Below, piece after piece: positions 1 to 9,369 of a DNA stretch of 64,000 bases. The stretch is from assembly GCA_963789265.1 (NCBI GenBank), contig CAWBKB010000001.1, positions 1,120,001 through 1,184,000 of the forward strand, written 5' to 3'. Source of the DNA: an uncultured delta proteobacterium (GTDB lineage: Bacteria; Desulfobacterota; Desulfomonilia; Desulfomonilales; Desulfomonilaceae). Under the pieces are notes generated by a model. It was not told where the DNA came from, did no database searches, and worked only from the letters and a program-made list of their open reading frames with translations. The position numbers and the translations under genes were made by a program. Within the stretch, counting starts at the first letter, position 1. Each line of letters opens with the position of its first letter.

Positions 1-379
1 GAGCTGCATTGCAAATGTTCCCTGCGACCGTAGCCCGATGCTGGATTTGAGTGGCTCCGATCTTGCCGGCTGCGATGGCAAGGGCCGGATATCGTTCCCT
101 GACCAGGCACGAGCGAGCTACCGCATGAACGTTGGCGAGTGCGCCTATTGCCAGCCCGGCATTTTCGTCGTAACGGATATAATCCAGTTCCCGGATGCCC
201 TTGAGATCTACAAGACATGTAGGAATCTTGCCCTGTCGCCGCTTGAGCTTGGGCAGCACGTCTGTACCGCCGGCAAACACCTTATAATCGATCCCGCCCT
301 CCATAAGCTCCCAGGCTTCCGAGAGGCTCTTGGGAGAAACGTAGTCGAATTTGGGAAGCCTCCGATAGAATACTGTCAT
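1..379 (-). CDS. Xanthine dehydrogenase/CoxM-family FAD-binding subunit (5' part; runs off window edge)
   Basis: Manual translation from ATG 379 (RBS GGAGG): MTVFYRRLPKFDYVSPKSL..FAGGTDVLP..LVDLKGI..IGATQIQHRATVAGNICNAA; the AGGTD and RATxxGN motifs are typical. Not in the ORF track. Confidence 0.9.
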   Translation of the reverse strand, partial: MTVFYRRLPKFDYVSPKSLSEAWELMEGGIDYKVFAGGTDVLPKLKRRQGKIPTCLVDLKGIRELDYIRYDENAGLAIGALANVHAVARSCLVRERYPALAIAAGKIGATQIQHRATVAGNICNAA

Positions 380-566
380 GGTATCCTCCACGTAATCTGC
401 ATGTACCACGCATTGGCATCCGGGAATTCGCGCCGTTGCCGGATTTCGCCCGGTTCGTTCCGATAAAACCGCCGCCGTAGGCGAGGCGAAGAATGGGCTG
501 ACTTGAACAAACGATTGATCCGGGTCACATTTAGTCTCTCCCGTCGCTGCGGCCGTGGATCAACTG

Positions 567-600
567 GAGATACTATATAGACACGTCTGTATAGTATCTC
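567..600. promoter_or_regulatory. Palindromic operator upstream of the FAD-subunit gene, probable TetR site
   Basis: gagatactatatagac-ac-gtctgtatagtatctc near-perfect inverted repeat; core resembles 1444-1465. Confidence 0.6.
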
Positions 601-679
601 CAAATAGAAATCTTTCGCTTCCACGTATGTGCCTTGTCTTCCAACCCTCTGCCCTAGACTCAGTCCGGTTTCCCCACTC

Positions 680-1369
680 TCAGTCTTCGCCCACTGCCTG
701 ATTGTTGACGTGTCGTTTTTCCCGTTTCGCGATGCCGTTACTTGCCCGGCTGCCAAAAACATGGGAGCGCCAGGAAATTCCGGGTTTCAAAATCCCTGAG
801 AAGAACACCTCTTCTATCGTGTCGACCAAGTCGTCGATTCCCTCCGGTTTGGAGTGATCGAACCAAGTGTATGGCCACATGACCATCCCGATAAGGGTGA
901 ATGCGACAAATAACTCTGGAAGTTCCTTGGCCTTGCCTTTCTCTTGGAGTTCACGAATCGTTTCGCGTATCGATTTCAGAGCATCCGCCCAGTGCTCACG
1001 CACCCATTCCAAGTGCTCCGGCGCAAGGTACGGAGTTTCATTTATTAGTGCTTTCGTGTCGGGATACAGGCATACGGCGCGGGCGTACTCTCGAACAAAG
1101 AAATCTAATCTTACGAGCGGATCGTCTATTTCTTTCATCCCGGCTACGATGGGCTGAATGCGGCTCTCTATTCTATCTTTGTGAACAGAGAACAGAATAT
1201 CTTCCTTGTCTCGGAAGTACCAGTACAAGGTTGGTCTTGATATGCCTAAACCTTCGCATATATCAGTCGTTGACATCCCATGGTAGCCCTTGCTCAGGAA
1301 CAATTCCATGGCTTTGTCCTGGATTTCCCGCCTGCTTGTTCTGAACGGGAGCTCTTCTTTTTCTCTCAA
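680..1369 (-). CDS. TetR/AcrR-family transcriptional regulator (KstR2-like)
   Basis: N-terminal HTH: AMELFLSKGYHGMSTTDICEGLGISRPTLYWYFRDKEDIL. Confidence 0.92.
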   Translation of the reverse strand: MREKEELPFRTSRREIQDKAMELFLSKGYHGMSTTDICEGLGISRPTLYWYFRDKEDILFSVHKDRIESRIQPIVAGMKEIDDPLVRLDFFVREYARAVCLYPDTKALINETPYLAPEHLEWVREHWADALKSIRETIRELQEKGKAKELPELFVAFTLIGMVMWPYTWFDHSKPEGIDDLVDTIEEVFFSGILKPGISWRSHVFGSRASNGIAKREKRHVNNQAVGED

Positions 1370-1443
1370 GTTTCATAATTCCTGTTTCGGTTCAACCGAC
1401 CTTTCAGAGCATTTCTCAGAGCGACAACTCCTTGATTTGTGGG

Positions 1444-1465
1444 CTATACATACCTGTATGTATAG
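1444..1465. promoter_or_regulatory. Palindromic operator overlapping the tetR promoter
   Basis: ctatacatac-ct-gtatgtatag perfect inverted repeat; minus-strand TTGACA at about 1482-1487. Confidence 0.65.
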
Positions 1466-1530
1466 GAACCTCATCTTATTTGTCAAGTTTTTTTCACGAA
1501 AGTCTCCGGAGAACTTCGAAGGAGGTGTGC

Positions 1531-2454
1531 TCACATTCCGATGGATGCCCTGACGCCATGGCCGGCAATTATATGCTGGAGTCTTGCGAGCTGCTCTCCA
1601 CTTGGGGCCCCGCTGCGGCTTGGGTTGTAAAGACGACCCATCTGGTCGCATTTTATCTTGCCTCCCTCATGATAGGGGAGCAAAGAGATCTTTTCGGCCT
1701 TCACTGCATTCGCGAGACGTGAAACTTCCTCCACATGCTCCGTGGAATCGTTGAAACCGAGGATCAAGGGGATACGGACCCACACTTTCGTGCATTGGGA
1801 AGCACTTTGTAGATTTTGGAGGATGAGCCGATTTCCCACACCGGTTGCCTTCCTGTGCTCGGAGGAATCTAGATGCTTCACGTCAAATAGAGCGAGATCG
1901 ACAAATTCGAGGACTTCCCGCATGGTCGCCCATTGAGCATAACCGGTTGTGTCCAACGCGGTATGGAGTCCGTGCTGCTTACACAATTTGAGCAGATGAC
2001 TAACGAATCGCGCCTGAGCAAGAGGTTCGCCTCCCGACACGGTGACTCCCCCACTCGAGTTCCTGTAAAACGCCTCGTCTCTGAGCACCTCGGTCAGGAC
2101 CTCTTCCGGCTCGACGTACCTGCCGCAGACGGTGAGTGAATCGTACATGCACGCCGCAACACATTCGAAACACCGGTCGCATTTTTCCCAGACGATTCTT
2201 CTGGCATGTTCATCCAGAGTGATGGCTCCGCGTGGGCAGGCATGTACGCACTTGCCGCACCTCGTGCACGTGGTAGTCCTAGCCATCAGCGTGGGAAAGG
2301 GTTCCTGAGATTCGGGATTCGAGCACCAGTCACATCTCAAAGGACAGCCCTTCATGAAAACGGTGGTCCTGATCCCCGGCCCGTCATGAATGCTGAATCT
2401 CTGGATATTGAAGATCAGGCCTTGGTTTCCGTGACGGTTTGGTGAGGTTGTCAT
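1531..2454 (-). CDS. Glycyl-radical enzyme activating enzyme (radical SAM) with 2x[4Fe-4S] ferredoxin insertion
   Basis: IQRFSIHDGPGIRTTVFMKGCPLRCDWCSNPE; CTRCGKCVHACP and CDRCFECVAAC; GGVTVSGGEP. Confidence 0.96.
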   Translation of the reverse strand: MTTSPNRHGNQGLIFNIQRFSIHDGPGIRTTVFMKGCPLRCDWCSNPESQEPFPTLMARTTTCTRCGKCVHACPRGAITLDEHARRIVWEKCDRCFECVAACMYDSLTVCGRYVEPEEVLTEVLRDEAFYRNSSGGVTVSGGEPLAQARFVSHLLKLCKQHGLHTALDTTGYAQWATMREVLEFVDLALFDVKHLDSSEHRKATGVGNRLILQNLQSASQCTKVWVRIPLILGFNDSTEHVEEVSRLANAVKAEKISLLPYHEGGKIKCDQMGRLYNPSRSGAPSGEQLARLQHIIAGHGVRASIGM

Positions 2455-3125
2455 CAACTGCTTTTTCCTCTGCCGAGTTTCTGTTCCACCCTCGCTGTAC
2501 CGGCTATGAAGATCTCGGCGAGCGTACGCGCCAACCGGTTCATGTGAGCAACAACTTCCGCCTCACTTCGGCCCGGATATTTCCGGAAGCTGATCAAGAT
2601 TCCATTCAGCGCCGAGAAAAAGAGATGAGAGAGTAATCTGACGTTGCCTTTCACGTGCATGTTCTTAAAGACCGTGTCAAAAACATCGAGAAGTTCGCGC
2701 TCCACAGCGTTCAGTTTTTCCACGGCTACAGGATTTACCTGTGCGTGCAGCATGAAATGGGCCATCATCCTGAAATATACGTCGTGCTCCGTCAGGTACT
2801 GGATGAATGCCTCGGCGGCCCTCTCCAGGTAGTGCTCTTCACTGTCCTGGATGGATGCCTTAAACTCATTCAGCATGTTCCTGGTGCCTCTCAAAGATGC
2901 TTCCACGAACAAAGACTCCTGATCCTTGAAGTAGGTGTAGATGGAGGCAGGTGAGATGTTGGCTTCTTGAGCGATGTCTCTCATACTAACCTTGTTGAAG
3001 GGTTTAGCCGCGAATACTCGTTCAGCCGCCTCGATTATGATATTCCTGCGAGCTTCTCTTTCTTTTTCTTTGAGCAGCGCGAATCCATTTCGTCGTTTCA
3101 TCAAGTTCCTCTCATAATTTGTCAT
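2454..3125 (-). CDS. TetR/AcrR-family transcriptional regulator
   Basis: IIEAAERVFAAKPFNKVSMRDIAQEANISPASIYTYFKDQESL; stop overlaps activase start. Confidence 0.92.
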   Translation of the reverse strand: MTNYERNLMKRRNGFALLKEKEREARRNIIIEAAERVFAAKPFNKVSMRDIAQEANISPASIYTYFKDQESLFVEASLRGTRNMLNEFKASIQDSEEHYLERAAEAFIQYLTEHDVYFRMMAHFMLHAQVNPVAVEKLNAVERELLDVFDTVFKNMHVKGNVRLLSHLFFSALNGILISFRKYPGRSEAEVVAHMNRLARTLAEIFIAGTARVEQKLGRGKSS

Positions 3126-3328
3126 TTACGGCTCCGGAAGCGTGAGCATATCCTAATTTCCCTGTGGTGGCGGGTTTTTGAGTGCAAGAACGTGGACGCC
3201 GATTCGACGCGCATCGGACTCTCTCGCTCTCGGGTTCAGATTGATTTGCGCCACATTTACACTTCATTATAAGGCATGAGCAACGATGGGATAGTACACC
3301 GAGCAGTCGTTGGGGTCAACAGCAATGG

Positions 3329-3370
3329 TTGACTTAACGAACATTATACCTTATGGTAAACATCGTTTAC
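3329..3370 (+). promoter_or_regulatory. Putative sigma70 promoter of the GRE with overlapping operator
   Basis: TTGACT(3329)-17 bp-TATGGT(3352); palindrome gtaaac-atc-gtttac at 3356-3370. Confidence 0.5.
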
Positions 3371-3402
3371 TAGAGTGACGCACGTTATGGAGGATATATC
3401 TT

Positions 3403-5799
3403 ATGCAAAATCCAAAAGATATAAAAAACAGGCTTGTCATCAAAGCCGTCCGCAACGTGCGGCGAGGATATCAAGGAGATGAGGTTGAAAGAGGCATGTA
3501 CCGCCCCGACATCAAGCTTGATCTCCAACGATCTCGGCTCCTCACAGAGTCCTACAAAGAAAGCGACGGGATGCCGATGGTCATGAGACGGGCAAAGGCC
3601 CTGGAAAACATCCTTACCAAAATGGATCTCTACATCCAAGACTGGGAACGAATCGTGGGCAGCAGCGCCTCCTCGCCCCAAGGTCTCTACTTCGGCATAG
3701 ACATGAACTGGCGGTCCGTGAGCAGGATCGTTAAAGGCCAGGAGGGCCAAACCCTGTTAGACGATGCTGGTAGAGCCGAGCTTGCAGGGCTCGTTGAATA
3801 CTGGAAAGGCAAGTCGATGAGTGACCGTCAGCAGGAGGTATTTACCGGAGATATTCTGAAATATTGGACCTACGACGGCACTTTCTTGTGGACTCATTGG
3901 TCGGAACTGGGAATCCCGAATTACGAAAAGATTTTTAGGGTAGGAATGGGCGGCATCATCGATCAGGCCGCGACACGACTCCTGGAGATTGATAGAGAAG
4001 TGCCCCCGGATTACGTCGAGCAAAAGGAATTCCTTCAGGCCGTTATCATCGCTTTGAAAGCGGTCATTAAATTCGCCCATAGATACGCGAAGATAGCCCG
4101 CGAAATGGCAGCAAAGGCGGCCGATGAAGAATCAAGGGCGCGCCTGGAAGCAATAGCTGCGACGTGTGAGCGGGTCCCGGAACGTCCTCCCGGATCTCTG
4201 GTCGAGGCGCTACAATCATTCTTCTTCATCCATGTGGCGCGATACATCGAATATTCGACCCTGGGGATCGGGGTCCGTTTTGACAAGTTGTTCGGCCCTT
4301 ACTACGAACGGGATCTGCGCGAAGGCAGGATGACCAGGAACGAGGCGCTGGAACTGCTGCAACTACTGTGGGTGAAGTTCCACGAATTGGGGCTCGTGTA
4401 TTCGCCGTTGCTGTCGGGAATATACGGAGGAGTGGAGTCCCTTCAGGCCATCACTCTGGGAGGCGTGGACAAAGACGGAAAGGATGTCACCAATGAGATG
4501 ACATACCTGGTCCTGGAGACGGCCAAGACCATGAGAACGCTCGAGCCGAGCATTGCCCTTCGTTATCATGCCAACTCACCTCAAGAATTGCTGTCTCAGG
4601 CCACGGATGTGATCCGGCTGGGCATCGGCTATCCGTCATTGTTCAATGATAAAGCTTTGATTCCCACACTGCTCAAGTGGGGTGTCCCTCACGAGGAAGC
4701 CAGGGATTACGCGGTGACGGGATGCGTGTACATTGAAATACCGGGCAAGAATATTTGTCGCCGGGCACTGGGAGCCTTGATTTTGCCGAAATGCTTGTGG
4801 TGGGCGTTGCGTCAAGGCAAGAAGCCGAAAACGGGCGTTCAGTGGGGCGCTGCCACGCCCGATCCCCGTACGTTTCAATCCGGCACGGAACTCCTCGACG
4901 CTTACCTGGATCAGGTGCGTTTCTTCTTTGGGAAACAGAGCCGGATTGAGAATACTTGTCGATCCCTCTATGCAAAGTACCTCCCGAGGCCCTTCTATTC
5001 TGCGGTGCTCGATGGCTGCATCGAGCGAGGCAATGACTGCCGGCAGTGGGCGTATCCCTCGATGGTGCACGACTTTTGCGTCATAATTGGCGCCACCAAC
5101 GTAGTCGATTCGATTGCCGCGATTCAAAAAGTCTTGTTCGAAGATAAAAGAGCATCCATGGACGAGCTTCTGGCCGCGTTGGATGCCAATTGGGTCGGAT
5201 ATGAAGATCTGCGGCAGATGATGATCCGAGCGCCCAAATTCGGCAACGACGACGATCTAGTGGATACGATCGCTGTTAAGGTTCACCACGGGACTTCGGA
5301 AGTCCTGGCGGAATTCACGGATCGCTTTGGCTATCCCTGCAGAGGAGACGGCAGCGGGGTGTCCGCGACATACGGTTGCGCGTTTGACACTCCTGCCACG
5401 CCCGACGGCCGAAGGGACGGAGAACCCTTCGCGGACGCAACACTTTCCCCGAGTCAGGGAAGGGACGTTCGGGGTCCGACCGCGGTTCTGAAATCCGCGG
5501 CCAAGATAGACACTACCAAGACCTACAACCATTTGTTGAATCAAAAGTTCTTGCCCCAAATGCTCGATGGAGAGCTGAAAGACGTGTTCATCAGCTATCT
5601 TAGGACGTGGGGCGATCTTGGTATCAGTCACATTCAGTTTAACGTGCTGGACAAAGAGACACTCTTGAACGCTCAACAAGAGCCGGAGAAGTATCCTGAT
5701 CTCATTGTAAGAGTGGCGGGTTACAGCGCCTACTTTGTCGATTTGAGCAAGGGCTTGCAAGATTCGATCATCGCTCGAACCGAGCAATCCTTTCATTAG
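3403..5799 (+). CDS. Glycyl radical enzyme (PFL superfamily, non-PFL, substrate unknown)
   Basis: 798 aa; C-terminal Gly loop LIVRVAGYSAYF; single-Cys loop YAVTGCVYIEIPG; PKFGNDDD and ATPDGR motifs. Confidence 0.95.
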   Translation: MQNPKDIKNRLVIKAVRNVRRGYQGDEVERGMYRPDIKLDLQRSRLLTESYKESDGMPMVMRRAKALENILTKMDLYIQDWERIVGSSASSPQGLYFGIDMNWRSVSRIVKGQEGQTLLDDAGRAELAGLVEYWKGKSMSDRQQEVFTGDILKYWTYDGTFLWTHWSELGIPNYEKIFRVGMGGIIDQAATRLLEIDREVPPDYVEQKEFLQAVIIALKAVIKFAHRYAKIAREMAAKAADEESRARLEAIAATCERVPERPPGSLVEALQSFFFIHVARYIEYSTLGIGVRFDKLFGPYYERDLREGRMTRNEALELLQLLWVKFHELGLVYSPLLSGIYGGVESLQAITLGGVDKDGKDVTNEMTYLVLETAKTMRTLEPSIALRYHANSPQELLSQATDVIRLGIGYPSLFNDKALIPTLLKWGVPHEEARDYAVTGCVYIEIPGKNICRRALGALILPKCLWWALRQGKKPKTGVQWGAATPDPRTFQSGTELLDAYLDQVRFFFGKQSRIENTCRSLYAKYLPRPFYSAVLDGCIERGNDCRQWAYPSMVHDFCVIIGATNVVDSIAAIQKVLFEDKRASMDELLAALDANWVGYEDLRQMMIRAPKFGNDDDLVDTIAVKVHHGTSEVLAEFTDRFGYPCRGDGSGVSATYGCAFDTPATPDGRRDGEPFADATLSPSQGRDVRGPTAVLKSAAKIDTTKTYNHLLNQKFLPQMLDGELKDVFISYLRTWGDLGISHIQFNVLDKETLLNAQQEPEKYPDLIVRVAGYSAYFVDLSKGLQDSIIARTEQSFH

Positions 5800-5998
5800 A
5801 CTGCCGGGCGGTGCAGGTTTCCGTGTTCCCTGGGCGGACGCGAATGAGAATACTCTTCAGCCAGGCTAAGCAAGGAAGGTGAGCGGGAACCATTTTGGGG
5901 GACGGGCGGTCCCCTAGCCAAGACTCTCATGCAAACAAGGCTTGCGATCCTTTTGACGTTCGGCTTCAAACCGACCAAACGACGTGGGAGGTATGCAC

Positions 5999-7651
5999 AT
6001 GGCAGAGAGTATCGACAAGAAAAGTTCGTATCTCAGATTTGAACCGGGGTGGGGAGCGGAGCCTTTGCCACCGATTCCGGAGGTCCCGTTTTATGAGCCG
6101 ATCAAGCAAACCGCTTATCGCTATCCCTTGAAGACCGCACTGATTTCCTTTGAAAGAAGCGTCACGTACAGTGAGTTGATGGAGTTGTCCGATCGATTTG
6201 CAGCAGCTCTCGTTGATCTAGGGGTGAGGAAAGGCGATCGGGTTGGAGTGGTGTTACCCAACACCGCTCAGCACGTCATTGCCTTTCAAGGCATAATCAA
6301 GGCTGGAGCAGTCTCGGTCCCGTGCAATGTGATGCTCAAAGGGCATGAGCTTGCGTACTTGTTCAATGATGCAGGAATCGAAGTGGTCGTGTGCCTGGAT
6401 CTCCTGTGCCCCCTCGTTGGCGCTATAAAGGGGCAGACGAACGTCAAACGCATCATCTCGGTCCATGTTCTGGACATGTCGGAACCAGGGGCATGGGTTC
6501 CGCCCATGCTAAGAGCGCAAAAAAAAGAAATACCCGGGACCCTGGATTTCCAGGTCCTGCTCGACACGTATACACCAGAAGTTCCGGCTGTTTCCATCGA
6601 TCCAAGGAAGGATCTCGCCCTGATCATATACACTGCAGGAACCATGGGGAGCCCCAAAGGAGTAATGCAAACCCATTACCACATGGTCTACACCTGTCTG
6701 AACCATGCTCATGTCCTCGGCCTCGATTACAACGACTCCAATTTGCAGCTTTTGCCCATGTTTCACATTGGGGGATATTACTTGTTTCTTCATCCCCTCC
6801 TTTACAAGGGCGGAAGAGTGGTCATGATGCCAATGTTCGATTCCAGCGAGCTGCTGAAGCTGATTGACAAGCATAAGTTGAACCTGCTTGTCGGCCCGCC
6901 AACTCTCTATGTTGCCCTGTTGAATCATCCGGACATATCTCGTTACGACCTTTCGCATTTCAAATCGAGCATCGCGGCCGCGGCGCCGGTTCCCACGATC
7001 CTGCAACAGCGCTGGCGCGAAGTTACGGGTATCGACCTGAACAAAGGGTGGGGCATGACGGAAACTAACGGAGGTGCCATCGTCTCGTTGCCCAACAAGA
7101 GCAGTCTCGATTCTATCGGGGTGCCCATGTGCGGCGAAGTCAAGATCGTCAAACCGGAAACCGATGACATCCTGCCCATCGGTGAAGTGGGTGAAATAAT
7201 GTGCCGAAGCCCACAGGTGGCCGGCGGTTACTGGAACAAACCTGAGGAGACCCGGGTCGCGTTTGAGCTCGATGGGTGGTTGCACACGGGGGACGCCGGC
7301 TATATCGGCGATGACGGGTTCGTGTACTTCGTGGAGCGCATCAAGGACCTGATCATCGCTTCAGGGTACAACATCGCCCCAAGCTATGTGGAATCGGAGA
7401 TTATGAAGCACCCGGCAGTGAGCGAGGTTGCGGTGATCGGGGTACCGGACGAATATCGAGGCGAAACGGTCAAGGCTTGCGTTGTTCTCAAAGATGAATT
7501 CAAGGGCAGGATCGCGGAGGACGACATCTTAGAGTTTTGCAGAGTCCACATGGCAGCCTTCAAACGCCCGCGCATAGTGCAGTTGGTGGATGACTTGCCC
7601 AAGAATACCATCGGCAAGATACTGCGCCGCGAACTGAGAGACAAATCGTAG
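5999..7651 (+). CDS. Acyl-CoA synthetase (long-chain fatty acid-CoA ligase-like AMP-binding protein)
   Basis: YTAGTMGSPKG, GWGMTE, WLHTGD, RIKDLII, LPKNTIGKILR motifs; RBS GGAGG before ATG 5999. Confidence 0.93.
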   Translation: MAESIDKKSSYLRFEPGWGAEPLPPIPEVPFYEPIKQTAYRYPLKTALISFERSVTYSELMELSDRFAAALVDLGVRKGDRVGVVLPNTAQHVIAFQGIIKAGAVSVPCNVMLKGHELAYLFNDAGIEVVVCLDLLCPLVGAIKGQTNVKRIISVHVLDMSEPGAWVPPMLRAQKKEIPGTLDFQVLLDTYTPEVPAVSIDPRKDLALIIYTAGTMGSPKGVMQTHYHMVYTCLNHAHVLGLDYNDSNLQLLPMFHIGGYYLFLHPLLYKGGRVVMMPMFDSSELLKLIDKHKLNLLVGPPTLYVALLNHPDISRYDLSHFKSSIAAAAPVPTILQQRWREVTGIDLNKGWGMTETNGGAIVSLPNKSSLDSIGVPMCGEVKIVKPETDDILPIGEVGEIMCRSPQVAGGYWNKPEETRVAFELDGWLHTGDAGYIGDDGFVYFVERIKDLIIASGYNIAPSYVESEIMKHPAVSEVAVIGVPDEYRGETVKACVVLKDEFKGRIAEDDILEFCRVHMAAFKRPRIVQLVDDLPKNTIGKILRRELRDKS

Positions 7652-7673
7652 CTTCTAGTTCATTTTCAACTAA

Positions 7674-7818
7674 GTGCAGCGTTTCATAAATACGGTGCCA
7701 CTTGCACAGACACCCACGACCCCGCGTCCCGCGGGGAGGCCGGTCCTACCGGAAGAGGGCTCCGGCTACAGGCATTATGTATGGAATAATACGTGACCGG
7801 ACTTATGAAAGAGAGTGA
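7674..7818. mobile_element. MITE-like element (second copy at 32420-32591)
   Basis: Imperfect terminal inverted repeats (tttcataaatacggt / accggacttatgaaa), flanked by CTAA on both sides, with high similarity to 32420-32591. Confidence 0.7.
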
Positions 7819-8165
7819 CTAAGTGATTCTCGGACAAGTTGCGAGTCAAATTTCGAGCTGAGATAGCCGGCCCCAGTGCGGATCGCAGCGATGATGTGGC
7901 TTTTTAATTCATTGGTGCGATTCAACACACACAGTGCCGCTACTGCGCAGAGTTCCCGCTCTCGTTGGGTCAACACATCACGCGCATAGAGATTGCCGAA
8001 CACGTGATTGATGAAATCCGACGGTATGTCAAAGTACCCGAATAGCTCATGGAGCAATTGAGTTCTTGTGCCCCCCACCAGTTTCTTGGACACGTCCGTA
8101 GGGTCGTCACCCGGACGGATGTCCGAAGCAATTGCCGCTTTCGTCTGGTCGTCTGGCATTACCAT
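7803..8165 (-). pseudogene. Carboxymuconolactone decarboxylase (CMD/AhpD-like) family protein, apparently 3'-truncated
   Basis: FGNLYARDVLTQRERELCAVAALCVL..ELKSHIIAAIRTGA is CMD-like; the expected xEEIxE..Y.G.P helix is absent. Confidence 0.6.
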
Positions 8166-8228
8166 AACTGTCTCCTCTACACGCAGTCAGGATTCTTTGT
8201 TAACTTTGTTCACCGGCATATCGAGATT

Positions 8229-9170
8229 TCATACCGGATCAAAAGCCTGTATCTTCTCCAAGTGCTCAAGCATCTTGAGATACCTTTTGTCTCGTTTGAT
8301 AAGGATTTCTTCCTCGGTGCGACCTCCATAGTCGTAAATACCTTTGGACGTCTTTGCGCCGAGTTGGCCTTGTTTCACTTTTTCTTCCACCAGAGGGCTG
8401 ATTCGATCATGGCTCCTCATGATGTCGGCCACGAGGTCGAGGCCCGTGAAATCCACCGATTGCACCACCCCTACGATGGGAAGTCTAATCCCGAGGCTGG
8501 CTTTGACGGCGAAATCGATCTCTTCAGGTGTCGCCCACTCGTTCTCCAACATCTCCCATACGGCTTTTCCGATGCTCCTTTGAATTCGGTTGACAATGAA
8601 GGATGGAACGAATTTTTTCAGCATCAGGGGCTTTTTTCCGATCCTCTTCATCAGTTCTGTAGTGAATGTGACGACCCTTGCATCGGTGTTCGGTCCGGGC
8701 ACCACCTCCACCAAAGGGATTATATGTGGCGGCGCGAACCAGTGGGCGACAATAAGGCGGTCCGGCGATTTTACCCGGGCGATCTCGAAGATATTCAATG
8801 ACGAGGTATTGCTGGCCAGAACAGTATCTTGAGGGCAGATTTCGTCGAGTTGTCTAAACACCTCCCGCTTGATATCAGGCACCTCGCTCACGGCCTCCAG
8901 GACAAAATCCGCTTTTCGTGCCGAGGCAGTCAGATCGGTTGATGTACGTATACGGGCCGTAATCTCCGGTATATCGTTTTCATGCACCCGTCCGAACTCG
9001 GCCAGGGTATGTAAATTAGTCCTTATGAGGGTCGTGGCACGCGTAAGCGCGCGTTCGTTCAGATCTACAAGATCCACTTCAATACCGGCCTGAGCAAAGA
9101 CCTGAGCGATGGAATGCCCCATCACCCCAGCCCCGACTACCAGGACAGTCCCGACATTACCAGCTTCCAT
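8229..9170 (-). CDS. 3-hydroxyacyl-CoA dehydrogenase
   Basis: VVGAGVMG Rossmann motif, EAVSE, ASNTSS, HWFAPP, FIVNRI. Confidence 0.93.
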   Translation of the reverse strand: MEAGNVGTVLVVGAGVMGHSIAQVFAQAGIEVDLVDLNERALTRATTLIRTNLHTLAEFGRVHENDIPEITARIRTSTDLTASARKADFVLEAVSEVPDIKREVFRQLDEICPQDTVLASNTSSLNIFEIARVKSPDRLIVAHWFAPPHIIPLVEVVPGPNTDARVVTFTTELMKRIGKKPLMLKKFVPSFIVNRIQRSIGKAVWEMLENEWATPEEIDFAVKASLGIRLPIVGVVQSVDFTGLDLVADIMRSHDRISPLVEEKVKQGQLGAKTSKGIYDYGGRTEEEILIKRDKRYLKMLEHLEKIQAFDPV

Positions 9171-9301
9171 GACAGCCGCTCCTCCCATTGATATTTCTCC
9201 TATTATGTTTTACCCGACCTTTTGCCGCGTCCGAGTGGATTGCACCCCATTTTGGGGTAAATCGCATCAACGGCTTCTGAGATCCGGCGCAGAGAACCTT
9301 G

Positions 9302-9342
9302 AGAAAGAAGCACCTCCCGCATCGTGCAAGCCGGAAGGTGCT
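9302..9342 (-). terminator. Putative intrinsic terminator
   Basis: agcaccttcc..ggaggtgct stem followed by a U-rich tract on the minus strand, downstream of the 9370 stop. Confidence 0.45.
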
Positions 9343-9369
9343 GAATTCATGGACTCTAATGAAAGTCGG

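Noticed and set aside
38..466. Plus-strand 142-aa ORF in the track
   Set aside because: Shadow of the minus-strand CoxM-like gene, which has clear motifs and an RBS.
3403..5799. Pyruvate formate-lyase (pflB), or benzyl/alkylsuccinate synthase
   Set aside because: No Cys-Cys pair, no CMSP-like loop and no small-subunit genes, so no gene symbol was assigned.
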